Assembly (NCBI GenBank): GCA_010093705.1
Contig: MU006098.1
Location: forward strand, 572,666 to 636,665
From: Patellaria atrata CBS 101060
Lineage: Eukaryota
Direction of reading: 5' to 3'
Length of the DNA: 64,000 nucleotides
Of the stretch, positions 37,701-51,225 are shown piece by piece. Numbering within the stretch: the stretch's first letter is position 1; the number at the start of each line of letters is the position of its first letter. The position numbers and the translations under genes are program-made. The notes under the pieces were generated by a model, which saw only the letters and a list, made by a program, of their open reading frames with translations, searched no databases and had not been told where the DNA came from.

Positions 37701-38319
37701 GACACTCCTGAATATGGTATGGAGTTTGACCACCCAGGTGGAAGCCGGTTCGATATTCTAGGACTAGAAGAGACGGGATGGGGAGCGAAAGGAGTGGAAA
37801 GAGAAGCTGGTGAATGTGTAGGCGGGGAACTTGGCGCACCTGGAGTTCTGCGGCTGGAAGTGGTAGGTATTTGATACGAAATAGGTGGTGAGTCCGCTCT
37901 GCACACACATGAGGTTAGTACAATTCATCTCTTCAAGATAAATATTACAAAATTGCAGCTGATCGCCTGAACAGGAAATAATAATCTCGTCTCGAATAAG
38001 CATGCTAGAAAGACGATCCAGGGAAAGGAAGCAGAACACCGGGTATGGGCAAGTTTCCCCTATGGTATACCATTCGGGACGATACTACCTGCTCTTCTCA
38101 CTGTATGGTCACTTACATGTTGACTAACGGCATATCTACCTGGGGTACAGGGACCCCTTCCACCAAAGGCGCGTCTGCGTCATGCCTTGAGATCTCCTCG
38201 AGCGATGTATGCTGGACTTCTGCCTCCCTCGCTGCTTTCGCTTTCTTTCTGGATTTCCGAATGCCTAAGGTACTTGGTTGCGTGGACGGATCCGGTCTGG
38301 TATTCGAAGACTCGGGCAT
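34748..38319 (-). CDS. BCAS3-like WD40/beta-propeller protein
   Basis: Exon 38319-38117, intron 38116-37899 (GTAAGT...CTAAC...CAG, frame preserved), then a long exon to 34748. Motifs LALGPSGRMLVTVSAKG..FVWDL, FSRVT..IVDATWS, LTDKGTVH, ALSYAEIEST fit fungal BCAS3 homologs. Confidence 0.75.
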
Positions 38320-41094
38320 TCGAAAGTGACGTGTCTGTTGTGGTTGTGGCGCAATAGCTGTTATGCTAGAGTTGTGTACTCAACTACGGGGTAACGAAAT
38401 ACGAGTAGGTCAAGTTTGAGCTGCTTGCTGAGATAGGAGGTCAAGCTATGGTAAAATGAAGGAAGATGTTGGTTACGTGAGAGGTCTTAGACAAGGGAGT
38501 GACTTGGGGTCACAGAGACGTGCTGCGGATGAGTCCTGGTGACTCGATAAGCTCCAGATTTAATCCCGTGCTCGGTCTAAGAGAAAGAAAGAAACACAGT
38601 CAGCCCGATGTAATGTTTACAGTTCCAGATTCCGAGCGGTCGTCTGTTCGGAAACTGGAGTGTTTGGGAGAGTTTATTGACGCGTAGTAGTAGGAGCGGA
38701 GGAGACGAGAGACGATGCGGAGACGAGATAGAGGGGATGGAGGGGAGGAGTAGCAACAGCGGCAGCAGTAAGAGCACAGCTTACCTCAGTGTACCTTAGA
38801 GAGCTTTCGGGATTGGGCATGTAAATGCCCCGAAGCAGCAAATGAATGTGGGGGGTTGTGTCGTAGCAAGATGCAATGCTTGAAGCTCAGGTAATAGAGT
38901 ACTCCTCGCCGGAAGTATGTAAAGATGGTGTTGTTGGCCCGAAAACACGAGGAAATCTGTTCGACCTCTACTCTGGTTAAAGTTCAGACAGGGGGAAGTT
39001 AATAGTAGCAGTGGTGATGCATCTATCGAGCCTGGAGTGTCAAAGTGTGTAACTTGAAGGCAAAGAGCTGGCTGTGATGGGCGGTGATGGTGGTGATGGT
39101 GATGATGAGGGGTCATTCAAGTTTCCAGAGGGTCAAGGGGTCATGGTACGGCGCGCTCTTGTCATTCTGTATTAGGGTCAGGGCAGCCCAGAACATGAGG
39201 TGGACCTTAGGGGAGCTTCCGTTGTGCACTTGTCCCTGTTCATGCGCGGGGGATCGTACATGAGAATTCAACTCGTTGCCTCATCTACATCCATATTACC
39301 ACCATCATAAAAAGACCTTCTTTTGTTGTCCTCATTACATCAATCTTCGTCTCTTCCTCTTACGGTACGTGGATGAGATGTATTTGCATTCTCCACAATA
39401 GACGATTCACAAAGGGATAGAGGATAATTCCGAAGTAAGCAATATCGCTCGATGCCACAACACACAATCGACTCACAGAAAACAGTAGCTGAGCACATTG
39501 GATCTCTCTGGCCTGGTTTCGACTGACTGGCAACTAAACTGTATTAAATCTTCTCGGTAGAAATCCATCCATCCATTCTTAGCTTCGTCCGCCTATCTAA
39601 GGACTGTACAGTACAATCCGAGTGAAGCTTATAGCCCAGTTTCCGCTGGGTTGTGGCAGAAGCTGAACCATGATTTGGAGACTACGTGCGGAGCATACGT
39701 TCGCTCTCACACCTTATCAGCGCGGTCTATGCACTCCCTGAATCTTCCACATAGGGTACAAAGATAGAACGAATGGCGGGAACCCTACAAAGCAGCAAGG
39801 ACGGACCAGATACGCAGTCGCAGACACTAAATCGGGAATAATATATCGCGGATAAGGCTATTAAAGTAGGTCTATGAGCTAAGATACTGATCGGCCGAGA
39901 ATTAGTCTTCTTCTTTAATCCATATACTAGGAGACGCTCAAATTTCTCCTGTGAGTATATCGAAAGAATATCTCAACCATTATTCAGATGAACGGTTAGT
40001 AACCAAAAAGATGTTGAGTTCCATTTGTACCACAACGCAGAAAATGGGGAACAATTTCTACTTATTTTTCTCAACGACCACATATATTTGTATATGCTAT
40101 CTTTCTCTTTGTTCAATGCTTCCTGACACCGTTCTCACTCTATTCATTCTATATCCCCCATAATCCAAGCTCAATTTCAAACTTAATCACGTCGTTGCTG
40201 TTTGCATCTTCCACTCCCTTCAAACAGGGGAACTCAAGGTCCAGGTCTAATCTTTATGTCTTATACAGCAGTCACAGTCATTGCGGGAAACATGCTGGTG
40301 ATGCAAATTACAGACTGCTGCGTGAACCCGAAGACTGCTTCTTTTGTAACGCTAAGATTTTACCGATCTGCCCTCCCTTAGGAGTCCACTACATTTCTTT
40401 ACTTTTTAACTGCGGTTTCGTCGGTCAAATATACGATTTTGTCATGAGGTTCCCTTCAAACATCCATATTGAGTCAACTAAGCTTATCCTGGGTTCTTAC
40501 AAATGGGGAAGGTTACTTCGTCAGACCAATACTTATAAAGATCGACATCTACCACGCTTTCTATTGGTCCATCGCATTTTGACCTTCTCTCACTCCTGGG
40601 GTCTTCTGCGACGATGCTTCAATATTTTATAGTGTCAGGACCACACCTATTACCGCCCCTACTTTTATGTTAAATAGGACCCACTCCTTCTAAGCCGGGG
40701 GAAACTTGCAATCATTGTTGTATTCTTCTGCAATACTACCCATATTTGATTCCTCCAGTACAGTGCAACCTACAACGGAGACAGACCATGAAAATGGTTG
40801 ACCTCGTGAGGGAGTCCCTAGTTCTATTTCTTCTCCAAGAAAAATTCGGGACTTCTAAACTTATCCCCTCCCTTATTCTTCTTTCAATCAGCTTTGATAT
40901 TCCGGCATGAAGAGTTTCCCACCATTCATATAATAATTTCACACTTTGTTCCCTAGATTACTAGACGCTCACTTTTCCCTTCTTCAAAAATCGTTTTGAG
41001 TCTTTCCCCTGTTGCATGGCTATCCGTATATACTATTTCTGTTATTGATCGTATATTACTATCTATACTTTTAGTATCAGCTCCTAGTTATTCG

Positions 41095-42345
41095 ATGTTG
41101 CGAATATCATTCCTATTGGCCATACTAGCAGCCGTTACTCAGGCCTGGCTACCTCAGGATAGAAATCTGTTTGGAAATGAGACACAAGATGCCGTTTCTC
41201 AAACTGTCGTAGCAGATATAGGGCGAAGGGCACAAAACTGGCTTCCGGCTCGAGGCAAAATCCGCGGCGTGAATCTAGGAGCGTTTCTGATTATTGAACC
41301 TTGGATGGCCAACGCGGAGTGGTCATCTATGGGCTGCGGTGGGACAAATTCCGAGTTCGATTGTGTCATGAGACTAGGCCAAGCAGAAGCAGATAGGAGA
41401 TTCCAAGCTCATTGGGCCAGTTGGATAACTGAAAATGATATTGCAGCAATGTCCAACTACGGGATCAACACCATCCGCATTCCAGTCGGGTACTGGATTA
41501 TGGAATCCATCGTCTACCGAGACAGTGAACACTTCCCCCGCGGCGGTCTACCGTATCTCGAAAGAGTCTGTAACTGGGCGTCAAATTATGGTTTCTACAT
41601 CATCATCGACCTCCACGGCGCGCCAGGTGCGCAAGTCCCACAACAGCCGTTCACGGGCCAGTTTGCCCCCAGCGCAGGTTTCTATCAAGGCTATCAATAT
41701 GATCGCGCGTACAAGTTCCTAGAGTTTATGACGAACCTCATCCACACAAACAACGCGTACCGCAATGTTGGCATGCTGGAGGTCGTCAACGAACCCGAGG
41801 GAGGCCATCCGAACCTCGTTTCCGAGTTCTATCCCAACGCGTACAACCGGATTCGACAAAGGGAGCAGGCACTCGGCGTCACGTCGAACAATTACGTGCA
41901 CGTACAGTTCATGTCGCGCAATTGGGGAGCTGGAGATCCCAAAGCTGGTATCCCCGGCGGAGCGACGGCCGTGGCGTTTGATAATCACCGGTACCTGAAG
42001 TGGGACCCGTCGGTACCGGTCTCGCAGACGGGATACATCTCGACGTCGTGCCGGGATAATGTCGCTTCCGATAACCAGTTGCCGCTCATCGTGGGTGAGT
42101 GGAGCCTTTCGGTGAAGACGGAGGTAGAGCACAACGCCGAGTTTCAGGAGGGGAACAATGCCAACTACGGGTTTTATAGGAAGTGGTGGGCGGCGCAGGT
42201 GATCGCGTATGAGAAGCAGTGGGGCTGGGTGTTTTGGAGTTGGAAGGCGCAATTGAATGATTTTCGGTGGAGCTATAAGGAGGCTGTGGAAAAGGGTGTC
42301 ATTCCTAAGAACGTGGATGAGGCTTTCGGGATGGGTGTCTGCTAA
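41095..42345 (+). CDS. Secreted GH5 endo-beta-1,6-glucanase
   Basis: Signal peptide MLRISFLLAILAAVTQA|WLP; KIRGVNLG, IEPWM, SEFDCV, NTIRIPVGYW, IDLHGAPG, catalytic VNEP and VGEWS. Confidence 0.92.
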   Translation: MLRISFLLAILAAVTQAWLPQDRNLFGNETQDAVSQTVVADIGRRAQNWLPARGKIRGVNLGAFLIIEPWMANAEWSSMGCGGTNSEFDCVMRLGQAEADRRFQAHWASWITENDIAAMSNYGINTIRIPVGYWIMESIVYRDSEHFPRGGLPYLERVCNWASNYGFYIIIDLHGAPGAQVPQQPFTGQFAPSAGFYQGYQYDRAYKFLEFMTNLIHTNNAYRNVGMLEVVNEPEGGHPNLVSEFYPNAYNRIRQREQALGVTSNNYVHVQFMSRNWGAGDPKAGIPGGATAVAFDNHRYLKWDPSVPVSQTGYISTSCRDNVASDNQLPLIVGEWSLSVKTEVEHNAEFQEGNNANYGFYRKWWAAQVIAYEKQWGWVFWSWKAQLNDFRWSYKEAVEKGVIPKNVDEAFGMGVC

Positions 42346-43302
42346 GGAGTACCTTGCAGTGGTTGAAAAAAGTGCCGGATGTGGATATTGTTAACGAGGG
42401 CTACATGCAACATGTTGGTACATTTTTCTCTTTGCCTTGTATATACAGGTTAGTCCAACACCTGCACATAAAATATTATTGATGTAAACCTAAGTAGAGA
42501 TGATACCTTACTTTACGGCCGTACTATCTTTAGATTTGTGTCGTACGAACGCAAAAGGACGCATCAGTACAATGCTGTATTTATAATCGTAATCCGTTTC
42601 CCACCTCACAGTGTAAGTTACTTTTAATACTTGTTATTTTCCATTTGTTATTTAGAACCGACCACCAATTCTCCATCACCGACCGGGGTGGGGTCCTTTT
42701 TGGCGTATCGTGGCGTCTGCACGTAAATTTGCAAACGGTAACCTTTACGGTAAGGTTAACTAGCAGAAAGGAAGGCACCCCCGCCAGAAGCGCGGAAGGA
42801 GAGATAGAAAAGATATTTTCCTAGCATCACCAAGAGCCGCATGATACCCTCAAAAACTTTTTCCTGCTCATCATTTTGGGGGCGGAATATCACGTTTCAA
42901 AAATGAGAAACTCCAGAGGTTGAATGAGGACACCGATGTAACTGTCAAGAACAGTCATACGGACGTGGCGTTAGTTCTATCTGGCGCTTCTCCAACTCTT
43001 TTGCTTTCCAAAAATTCCAAAATGTCACACCGAAGCTAGCAGGCAGCTGCAGTCTCTCAGCCGTAACCTAACCTTCAGGCCGCCTCATTTTCCCATATAT
43101 CACACCCCACGCGGTCAACATGAAACCAGCAATTTTGAGCCTCAAACCCAGTCGCCTTCTTTCACCTTCGTTGAATATATATCATGCTTGCTTCACTCTC
43201 TCAGATATCACAGGGGAAAATAGCCCAAATCACACTGAACTTCGCTTTTTAATAAGAGTACCGCTGGGGAGGGGGGAGACGAGGCTGAAATAAAAAATCA
43301 AA

Positions 43303-46217
43303 ATGATCAACTTTACCGAATGCGGATTGCGATATATGAGCAACCAAACTCTGATCGATAAGTACGGCTGGACTGGAGTCAACGAAACCGAAGGAATCCC
43401 ATATAATAGATCTTCGCAAATCACCACTCAAGGTTGCTACGAACTATGTGGATCAGATAATGATTTCTACGACTGGCAGGATATCGCAGCAACCATCACA
43501 ACTTGGTCCGCATCTCCTGCCGTCTCATTTATTCCTCTAAAACTAACACATTTATCCAGGATACTTCCAATACTTGGTACTACTACAGACATGTTAAACC
43601 ACCCAATCTTTGTTAATTTGTCTTGCAGGTATACTTCTCCAAGCGCCTTTTGAAAGCAATGCGTTCCGAAGGACAATTCTCGCAACTTCCAGGTGGATTG
43701 GCTCACCCATGGCTTCTCTAGCCTATATCATGTGGAACATCAAAGTATCTGGCAAAGCTGCTATGATGGGTATGTCAGACTATGCTCAAATTGGTTGATC
43801 TTAATACTGAAGCCTTCCAGTGGACATGTCGATACCATATGACGGACAGATTCCTGGAAAAGACAGCGATTTTGCCAGCATGCGGGATTCTATGTACATC
43901 CTGACAAACATGAACCAATATAGCATCAAACCAAGCATATCTTTGAAGAATGAAGCAGAGGGCCTACTGAGAATTGCTCTCTTCAGCAAAGATCTAAAGC
44001 TTCGGACCGTAGATGGCAACTCTCTGGATAAAGTAAGGCGACATTACGCCCAAAGGCTTCGTGAAGGGAGGAGAAGGGGTGTAGTTCCAGTATACATTTC
44101 GACCATGTGGTTTCTTTTCAGTTTGGGAATAAGTATTCAAGCAGGTGAGTGCGGGTCCCCCGCTACATTCATATCCTATCTATCAATCACTAATCTATCT
44201 ATGAGCATTCGGCGTTATTGGCAATAATGCTACAGCTCACGACTTAGCACTAGGCTTGCTTCTTGCATGGCTACCCGTGTTGATACTTTGTTCCGTCGTC
44301 GATCGAAATCCTGTCGCTGCAGACGACATCAGAAGAAAGCTTAACAAACTAGTAGATCTTGTTCGTATTTCCCTAATGGACGATGCCATCCGTAATGAAT
44401 TCATTGAATCCTTCAGTGATAGACCGGAATCGCAACGCATGCGGGAATGGGTTGGAAACATCAGCAACCAGTGTGAATATATGAATGACTTTTTTGTTAG
44501 ATTTGCAGGTCAAGGTCGAGTTCGATGGCATTATGGTGTTGCCCATCCTATCCTCTCCGATATCGAGAACTCCTATATTGCGGACCACGGCCGGTATTGG
44601 CTTAGGAATGAGCAAGAAGCGAGAACAAACTTGGTCCTTGGCTCAGTCGGTGAAGGACTCGTTTGGTTTGATTTGCGCGAGCTCTGGCAAATACTTAGTG
44701 CAGTTAGCATCGTAATGCTTAGCTGCTTCGGTTCGTTCATCATATCGTTCTATACTCCAACAGTTGGTTTAGGATGCAGGAGTGGAGGTTACTTAATATT
44801 CGCTACGATCTCAGTCGGCCTTCTCATATGTGAGCTCCTTGTCTGGTGGTGGTCTTCTCCCACCCATGTAGAACAACCGGAGTGGTTGGTGCCAGTTTCT
44901 ACACGTCTTCAAAGCACGGCTACTTTCCACATGATGGAGGAGGGCTCCCGTAACCTTTTCCGTAGAGCCCAACGAACGTTTTCCGGATTTCGAGGAAGGA
45001 GTGAAAGAATGTTCGTTCGAGGCGCACTACGAATGTCTTCTCTTGTCCATTTTCATGATAGTCCTGAGAGGATTGATGATCTAGAAAGAAGCTTACAACG
45101 AAGCATCAAATTGATGCATTACTGGGGTCTTAAAGAGTGGAGTAAGTATCTCTTCTTCAGGCCGGCGGAATTCATAAATATGGTCTGGCTCAGCTACATC
45201 GTAATGGCGCAGACAATAGGATCATACCGCAACTGCGGTTGCATGACAAGCGTCTGGGGAACCTCAGGAGGCTATCTCGACTTTACCCAAAGTGATGTCA
45301 CTGACAACCCCTTCATAATGTATTACTGGTCAGGCGGAACCGTAGTGGGGTCTCTAGGCCTGGTTTTCGGAATGATCTACATAGTTACTGAGGTAAACAC
45401 CCCTAATCCCTTAGTCACTTACTTGTTGAGTACTAACCAAACACAGTGGTGCCTCCAATCCCACCTCAACACCGAAAACTTCGGTGATGCCCGCCGCGGC
45501 CTCCAACGCACTCGCACCTTCCGCCGCGTAACCTACCCTATCCGCTTCGTACTCCGCCATGTCATCGGCTGGTTCACGAGCCGATACGCCAAATTCTGCA
45601 CCTGGATCGGCGTCCCCTGCCGCCAGCAAAAAAGCCTCATTTGGACGAGAAACATCACTTACCGACCTACGATCCAAGGCGTCGGTCTCGACACGGAGAC
45701 GCAGGAGTATGATCCTTCGTATGCGCCGCTACAGAGACTTGGGAGCGATGGGAGTCACATCCCGCTCATTGTGATCCCGCCCACGATACAGAGGAAAGAA
45801 GTCGGCAGCGGAGTGAGTCCGAGACTGAGCTACGACCGCGTCAGTCCCAGCCCCAGCCCCAGCTTCGACCGTCTCAGCCTCAGTTTCGATAGCCCCGTCT
45901 TCTCGCCCGCGGAAATCTTCAGGCAGACACCGGCCGGTCGCGGTAGGAGGAGGGGGAGCAGCAGTCCCGGCATCGCTCCCGATTCGCTAAGGCCGAGTGC
46001 GGAACGGGTAAGGAGTAATAGCAACCCCGGCGCGCGGGAGGAGTTTCTGCAGGCGGTGAGTCTGCCCGCGGCGAGGGAGAGGAGGTATAGTGATGGGCCG
46101 TTGAGTCCGCCGGAGAATGTGCGGAGGTCCGGGGCGAGGGTGAGGAGTGTGAGTGATTTGAGCGAGGCGAGCGCTTTGGGGATTTTTACGACTGATGTTG
46201 GGAGGGGGGAGGTGTGA
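43303..46217 (+). CDS. Conserved hypothetical multi-pass membrane protein
   Basis: Exons join across introns (~43505-43559, ~43577-43629, ~43770-43820, ~44145-44204, ~45393-45446). Motifs LQAPFESN, RWIGSP, RRRGVVPV, AHDLALG, VDRNP, FAGQGR, YTPTVGLGCRSGGY; disordered S/R-rich tail. Confidence 0.8.
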
Positions 46218-47003
46218 GAGGTTAGGTTACGAGAGGGTTGTTAAGAGGAGGATGTTCTCTAACATCTATGAGGAAGACCTCGTCTTGCTCTGCCCCTTAC
46301 GGCGGGGATAGGGATAATGACGGCTCGATAGATATACTGTATATAAGAGTCATGTACCTTGGGGAGGAGTGGTACTATCGGGATTAGATTCCTGAAGTTG
46401 GTCGACGAAGGCGATGAAGGATATGTATAGTTTATAGTATATATATACCCAGATGACAGTAAGATATCTAACCCTATAATAATTTCTGTGCACAGTTGAA
46501 GCGCAGAGGATTAGAATTTGAACTACTTCCGGTACCATGCGTTGGGAAAAATGGCGAGGTCCATACCTACGGAGTGTTCACCCCCTTATCCACCTACTTC
46601 GAAGTCACACCCCCGTAATCACACTCACACTCACACTTTGTCAATTCAAACCCAGCCTCAGACACCAAAGCAAGAAGCTAAGAAAGTAATCCCACAAACC
46701 CGTGCGGGACATCCATTAACTAAACTAAGCTAAACTAAACTATACCACAGCTACGATGCCAATGTCCAATGCCAATGTTCATATCTCATAACATCATGCG
46801 GTATGCTACCCAATTCTTATTCCCTCTCTCCCCCTACTCCTCTCATTCATCATTCCCTCCATAACGCGATCCCAACCGCAGTAACCCCCTCGCTCACTCA
46901 CACACTCTACCCAAACCCCATCCTCACTCCAAAATCCCAGCACAACACCCACAAGGTTTGGAAAAAAAAAAAGCGTACGCCTCCCCCTTCCTTGCCAAAA
47001 ACA

Positions 47004-49647
47004 CTAAGCACCCACACCCACACCCACGCCCCTCCTCTCCCCCGTTCCCGCCCCCGCCCTAGCGCGCAAAGGTACAGGTCCATTCCACGCCGGGAACGGC
47101 TGTGCCTTGCCTCTCTTACTCTGTGCGGGAGCTAGCCCTCTTTTCTCCGTTTCTTTTTCCATCTCAGTCTCCGTCTTCGCCTGTTTATGGGAGGTCTGAG
47201 AGGTCTGTGAGGTTTGTGGCAGAAGGGGAGAGGGCGGGACGGCGTTGGGGTATGTGCGTTTTGGTTTAAAATTAAGACTGGGGTTGTAGGTTGTTGAGGG
47301 CAGGGTTGGGGGTTTAGGGGGAGGTTCGGGGGGGGATGGTGTGGGGGATGTGGGATTGAGGGATGTGGTGAAGGTTTGCGGGGTGAGTGTGACGTCGCTG
47401 TCATTCCTGGGTAGGGGTTGAGGTTGGGTGTTCAATTGTGTTTGTTGTTGAAATCGGCGTTCCTGATCCTGTTGTTGCCTCTGCATCTGAGCCTGGATGC
47501 TCATGAGGGGCGGGAGTGCCTTCTCGCGTCCCCCTGCCGGGTTCGAGGAACGAGTATCCTGAAGTCCCAATGGAGTAGTTGAGCGAGTCCCCTCTCGGAA
47601 GCCCGGGGGTGTGTTCGACCGGCTTTGGTTTCCTGATCTTGGGACCCCGGGAAACGGGATCGGGGTGTTCGATCTACTTCCCTGCAGACTCCCATTCTGC
47701 ATCTGATCCTTCGCCGGGAGCGGAGGACGCACCGCCACCGCATACGGCGACGTCGGAGGCGCAGGCGTCACTACCTCCGGGATGGTATGTATGACTGTCA
47801 TCGCCGTCGTCACGGTCCCATTCGTTGTGGCGCTGAAATTCCTCGTCTCGTTCTCCCTCTGAGGCGGCTGCGGGGGCGTATACGACCTTTGCGAGAAATC
47901 ACGTGTGCGGGGAGAATCCTGGGTTCTCTGGTTGCCTGGATCCTCGTCCCATTTCTGTAGCGTAAGCGCAACGTCTCGGTTCTTTGTGCGCTCGACGCGA
48001 CCGCGACAAGCGCCGCAGACGCGGAGGCCGCACCACCAGCATGTCCAGCGCTGGGTGGAGCCGTCGCCGCGCTCGCCGGATTGGTCGAAGGAGGCGGAGG
48101 AGAAGCAGAGCATGCAGCCGACGGGCGCGACGCGGTTGTTGCTGGGCCACCACTTGTTGTGCTTGTGTAGGCACTCGAGGTGGAGTTTGGTGAGATGGGG
48201 TGCGTTGGAAGAGGGTGGACGGCGCAGGTAGTAAGATACTGGTATGCCGGGGAGCGTTGGGGACTGTGTCGAGGAGGTTGCGGCGCTGGAACTGGTGGAA
48301 GGAAGTTCTACTGTGTAAGGGGAGTTTGGGGGAGTTGGGAGTTTCGAGGTGGCTGTCTTGAGGGGATGTTAGTGGTGGGAGTTTTGTAGAGATGGGGATA
48401 GGGGGGGCGTACTTTGAAAAGATCTAACGCGGTACTGCTCTTCCCCCGCGCATGTTTCGCCCTGATCTTCTTTGTAGGGCTATGTTCCCGCTCTGTAGAC
48501 ATCATATCCGTTCTGACGCCCCATTTAGATGGACTTTCTGGAGGTACTGGAGTAGGGGCTTTCAACAACAGTAGGCTAGGGGTATCGGAGCGTTCGAGGT
48601 TGGAGAGATCCGTGAGTTGAGAATCTTCCCTGCGAGGATAGGTAAGAGCCGATATATCCGGGGTTGAGGGGGTGAATCGATCGACTGAATAGGAATGAGA
48701 ATGACCATGACCAATTGCCGTTATTGGTGTTACGGTGTCCAATGCTCTTCTTATGGATAGAGCATCGGGTAAAGATCCTTTCCGTTCTTCTGGCTCCTCC
48801 AGACGCGGAGACTTTGTTTTGAGAGCTTCATCAGAGGTTTTGGGAACAGCTTTCCGTTTAAGTAGGTTCAATGGTGTACTTCGACCCTCCTCAACCTTGT
48901 GCTTGAGCTTTGAGAGTTTCTGGCCCATATCGGGTATATTAGAATCTTTCTTTGGTAGCTCAGGTGGGGGTAGATCAGGAAGTGGACGGTCCAAAGGAGT
49001 TGATGCGGCGGTGGAAGAAGATTGAAACGGACGTTTAGATTGTTTGGGTGATGGCGTGCTTGATGAGGAGGCAGTTACGGAAGAGCCGTTACTGCTAGTT
49101 AGGATCAGACTTGTCGGTTTGCGCTTTCTTTTTATTGTTTTGGAAGCTATGGATGTGAAAGTGGGTGTTTCCGATATCTTTCTCGCGCGGCCATCCTTTT
49201 GCGGAAGAGGTAGACGTGGTTTTGCAGTTGCGTTTGCTACGTCTGTGATAGCTGTCAGCCTCAATATCTACCATGTGAGCAATGTATGAATTCATCTTCA
49301 ACTACGAATTTTGAAACAAAACCAAATGCCCATTCTCGGGAAGTATGATTCCTTGCTCTTTCGTTATATTCCCAAAGTTTCCACTTAAAAAGACTATGGT
49401 TGAATTCTACGAATATCGTACCTTTGAATCTCACACTCGTTATAAGCGGATCCCCATTCTTCATGTCCTGAGTAGTTCTACCATCTTTTGGTGGCGGAGG
49501 AGGCGGTGGACTCTCAGTCTCGATCCCAAGCCGTGGTGAAGGGGAATAGATGGAGACATCATCACCCTCAACTCTGAACTTGCTATACTCATTCAAGATC
49601 TGGCTGATAATGTCGTGTCGCGCAGTCGGTGGGGCAAGCAGCGCCAT
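47004..49647 (-). CDS. Hypothetical Pro/Ser-rich protein with a Cys/His-rich (probable zinc-binding) central domain
   Basis: ORFs 49261-49662, 48308-49264 and 47004-48113 are linked by introns (~49420-49243, ~48411-48310). Domain reads HLECLHKH...PVGCMLC...RWTCWWCGLRVCGAC. Confidence 0.7.
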
Positions 49648-51225
49648 GCTGCAACTCGACAATAACGGAAGACGAACTCTCCAGTAGTTCTCAGTTGTGG
49701 CTTTTTCGTACGAGAAAGTATCTGTATCACCGCCACAAATATATTAATGAGAGGGGAGCATTCGACATGACGACATTAACATTGAAATTAGTTAACGAAA
49801 GACACAATGTTTTGAAGATGAGGAACAAAGACGAAAGGAAGTTTTACAGCACAAGGGATAATTCATTTTTAGGTAGGAGAAGCCTTTCCCCCAATCTCGA
49901 ATCCCCAATTCCCCATAAATTCGTCTCAGAGTGAAGTCTTTTCCCCTGACGATAAGGCTGTACATTTTGGGTCGTAGCCACATTTCTATTGGTTGAAACT
50001 GCTCGCGTTTGAGAATTCCGACTTTGGCGAACCCGCTCTCCTGAGTCCTTTCGGTCGCACCGCCATCGACTTTTGTAACCCGGTCGTAAGAACTTTGAAC
50101 TGTCTTTCGTGTTTCAAATGGTAGATCTGTGCCATCTGACTGGTGCGGATCACGGTAGCTGCATCATTGACAGGAATCGACAATCTCTTGACCTTCCATA
50201 TCAGGCCTTGGAGGTTTGGAGAAAGTAAACCTGTGTGAGCTGACCATCAATTCATCATAACGATTGCATCAGGAAAACTGCTAATCAGAGCACAGTAATA
50301 CAACATCTACAAAGAAAGTTGAAAGATCAAGAAGATCAAAGTCTCATCTCAGAATTGATCCGCGAGATATCGCATTCCTAGGTTCATCACTGCTACTCAA
50401 TATCCAAAATTGATGACTCTCATCCTGAGATTACGCATCGATGCAAGGGGCCGCATACCGTCCGTCGTGCGTCGTTTCACCTTCAAATAATCCGGACCAG
50501 AACGATGCGCGAAGGCATGTGACGACGCAGCTAGAACATCGAACCTGCAGTAAAAGCGATGATAATTTCTACTCTACCTCCGCATGGAAGTACTTTCTCT
50601 GTCGAGCTAGAATTGTTCTCGCTGTCGGTTCCCGAGAGATATCTTGCTATCAAGTATTTTCTTGTCAAGCTTCTCTTCAGTAACAACATCTAAGGGGGAA
50701 CCTTAGTACTAGAACGGCATCGTTAGACTCGTGTCATGCTCTGGGTATAGCTTTCTCAGATGATGCTAGTACGGTATGACGAAGATTATGCGCGACGCAT
50801 TATCCCCACTACAATAGGACAGCATGTCTAGACCCAAAGACTGGAGCAAAAATTGAGTCAATTTCTAATATTAACACTCTATTAGCCAGCACTAATCATC
50901 CCTCATCCCTAACTTCTAATACGGTCACCACATCCAATACATTCACAATGAAGTGAAAAGGAAAAGTTGAAAGAAATTCTAGACCAAAAAAAAGCTCTTT
51001 TCCTCGTGGTATCGAACGCCCGGTTTGTGAGAAGCAGCAAAGGCTCTCTAATGCCATAAAAAAACACCAAGCCGACCCTCAATTCCCTAGGTAGTGTGAG
51101 CGATATACTACGAACGAATACCCATAGTCACCAAATCCCGAATACGCCGCGCTGATGATTCGAATCCACAATAAAAGAACGATCTAAATGTCGAGGGTAG
51201 ATGGCCGGTGATTAACATCAAGCTC

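Noticed and set aside
38796..39116. His-run ORF MTPHHHHHHHH
   Set aside because: Arises from a CAT/CAC microsatellite in the upstream region of the BCAS3-like gene; the remainder is not protein-like.
40195..40632. 145-aa ORF upstream of GH5
   Set aside because: Non-ATG start, no motif, lies in the promoter region.
41719..42252. Long antisense/alternate-frame ORFs over GH5, BCAS3-like, MFS and other genes
   Set aside because: Shadow ORFs caused by GC-rich codon usage of the real genes.
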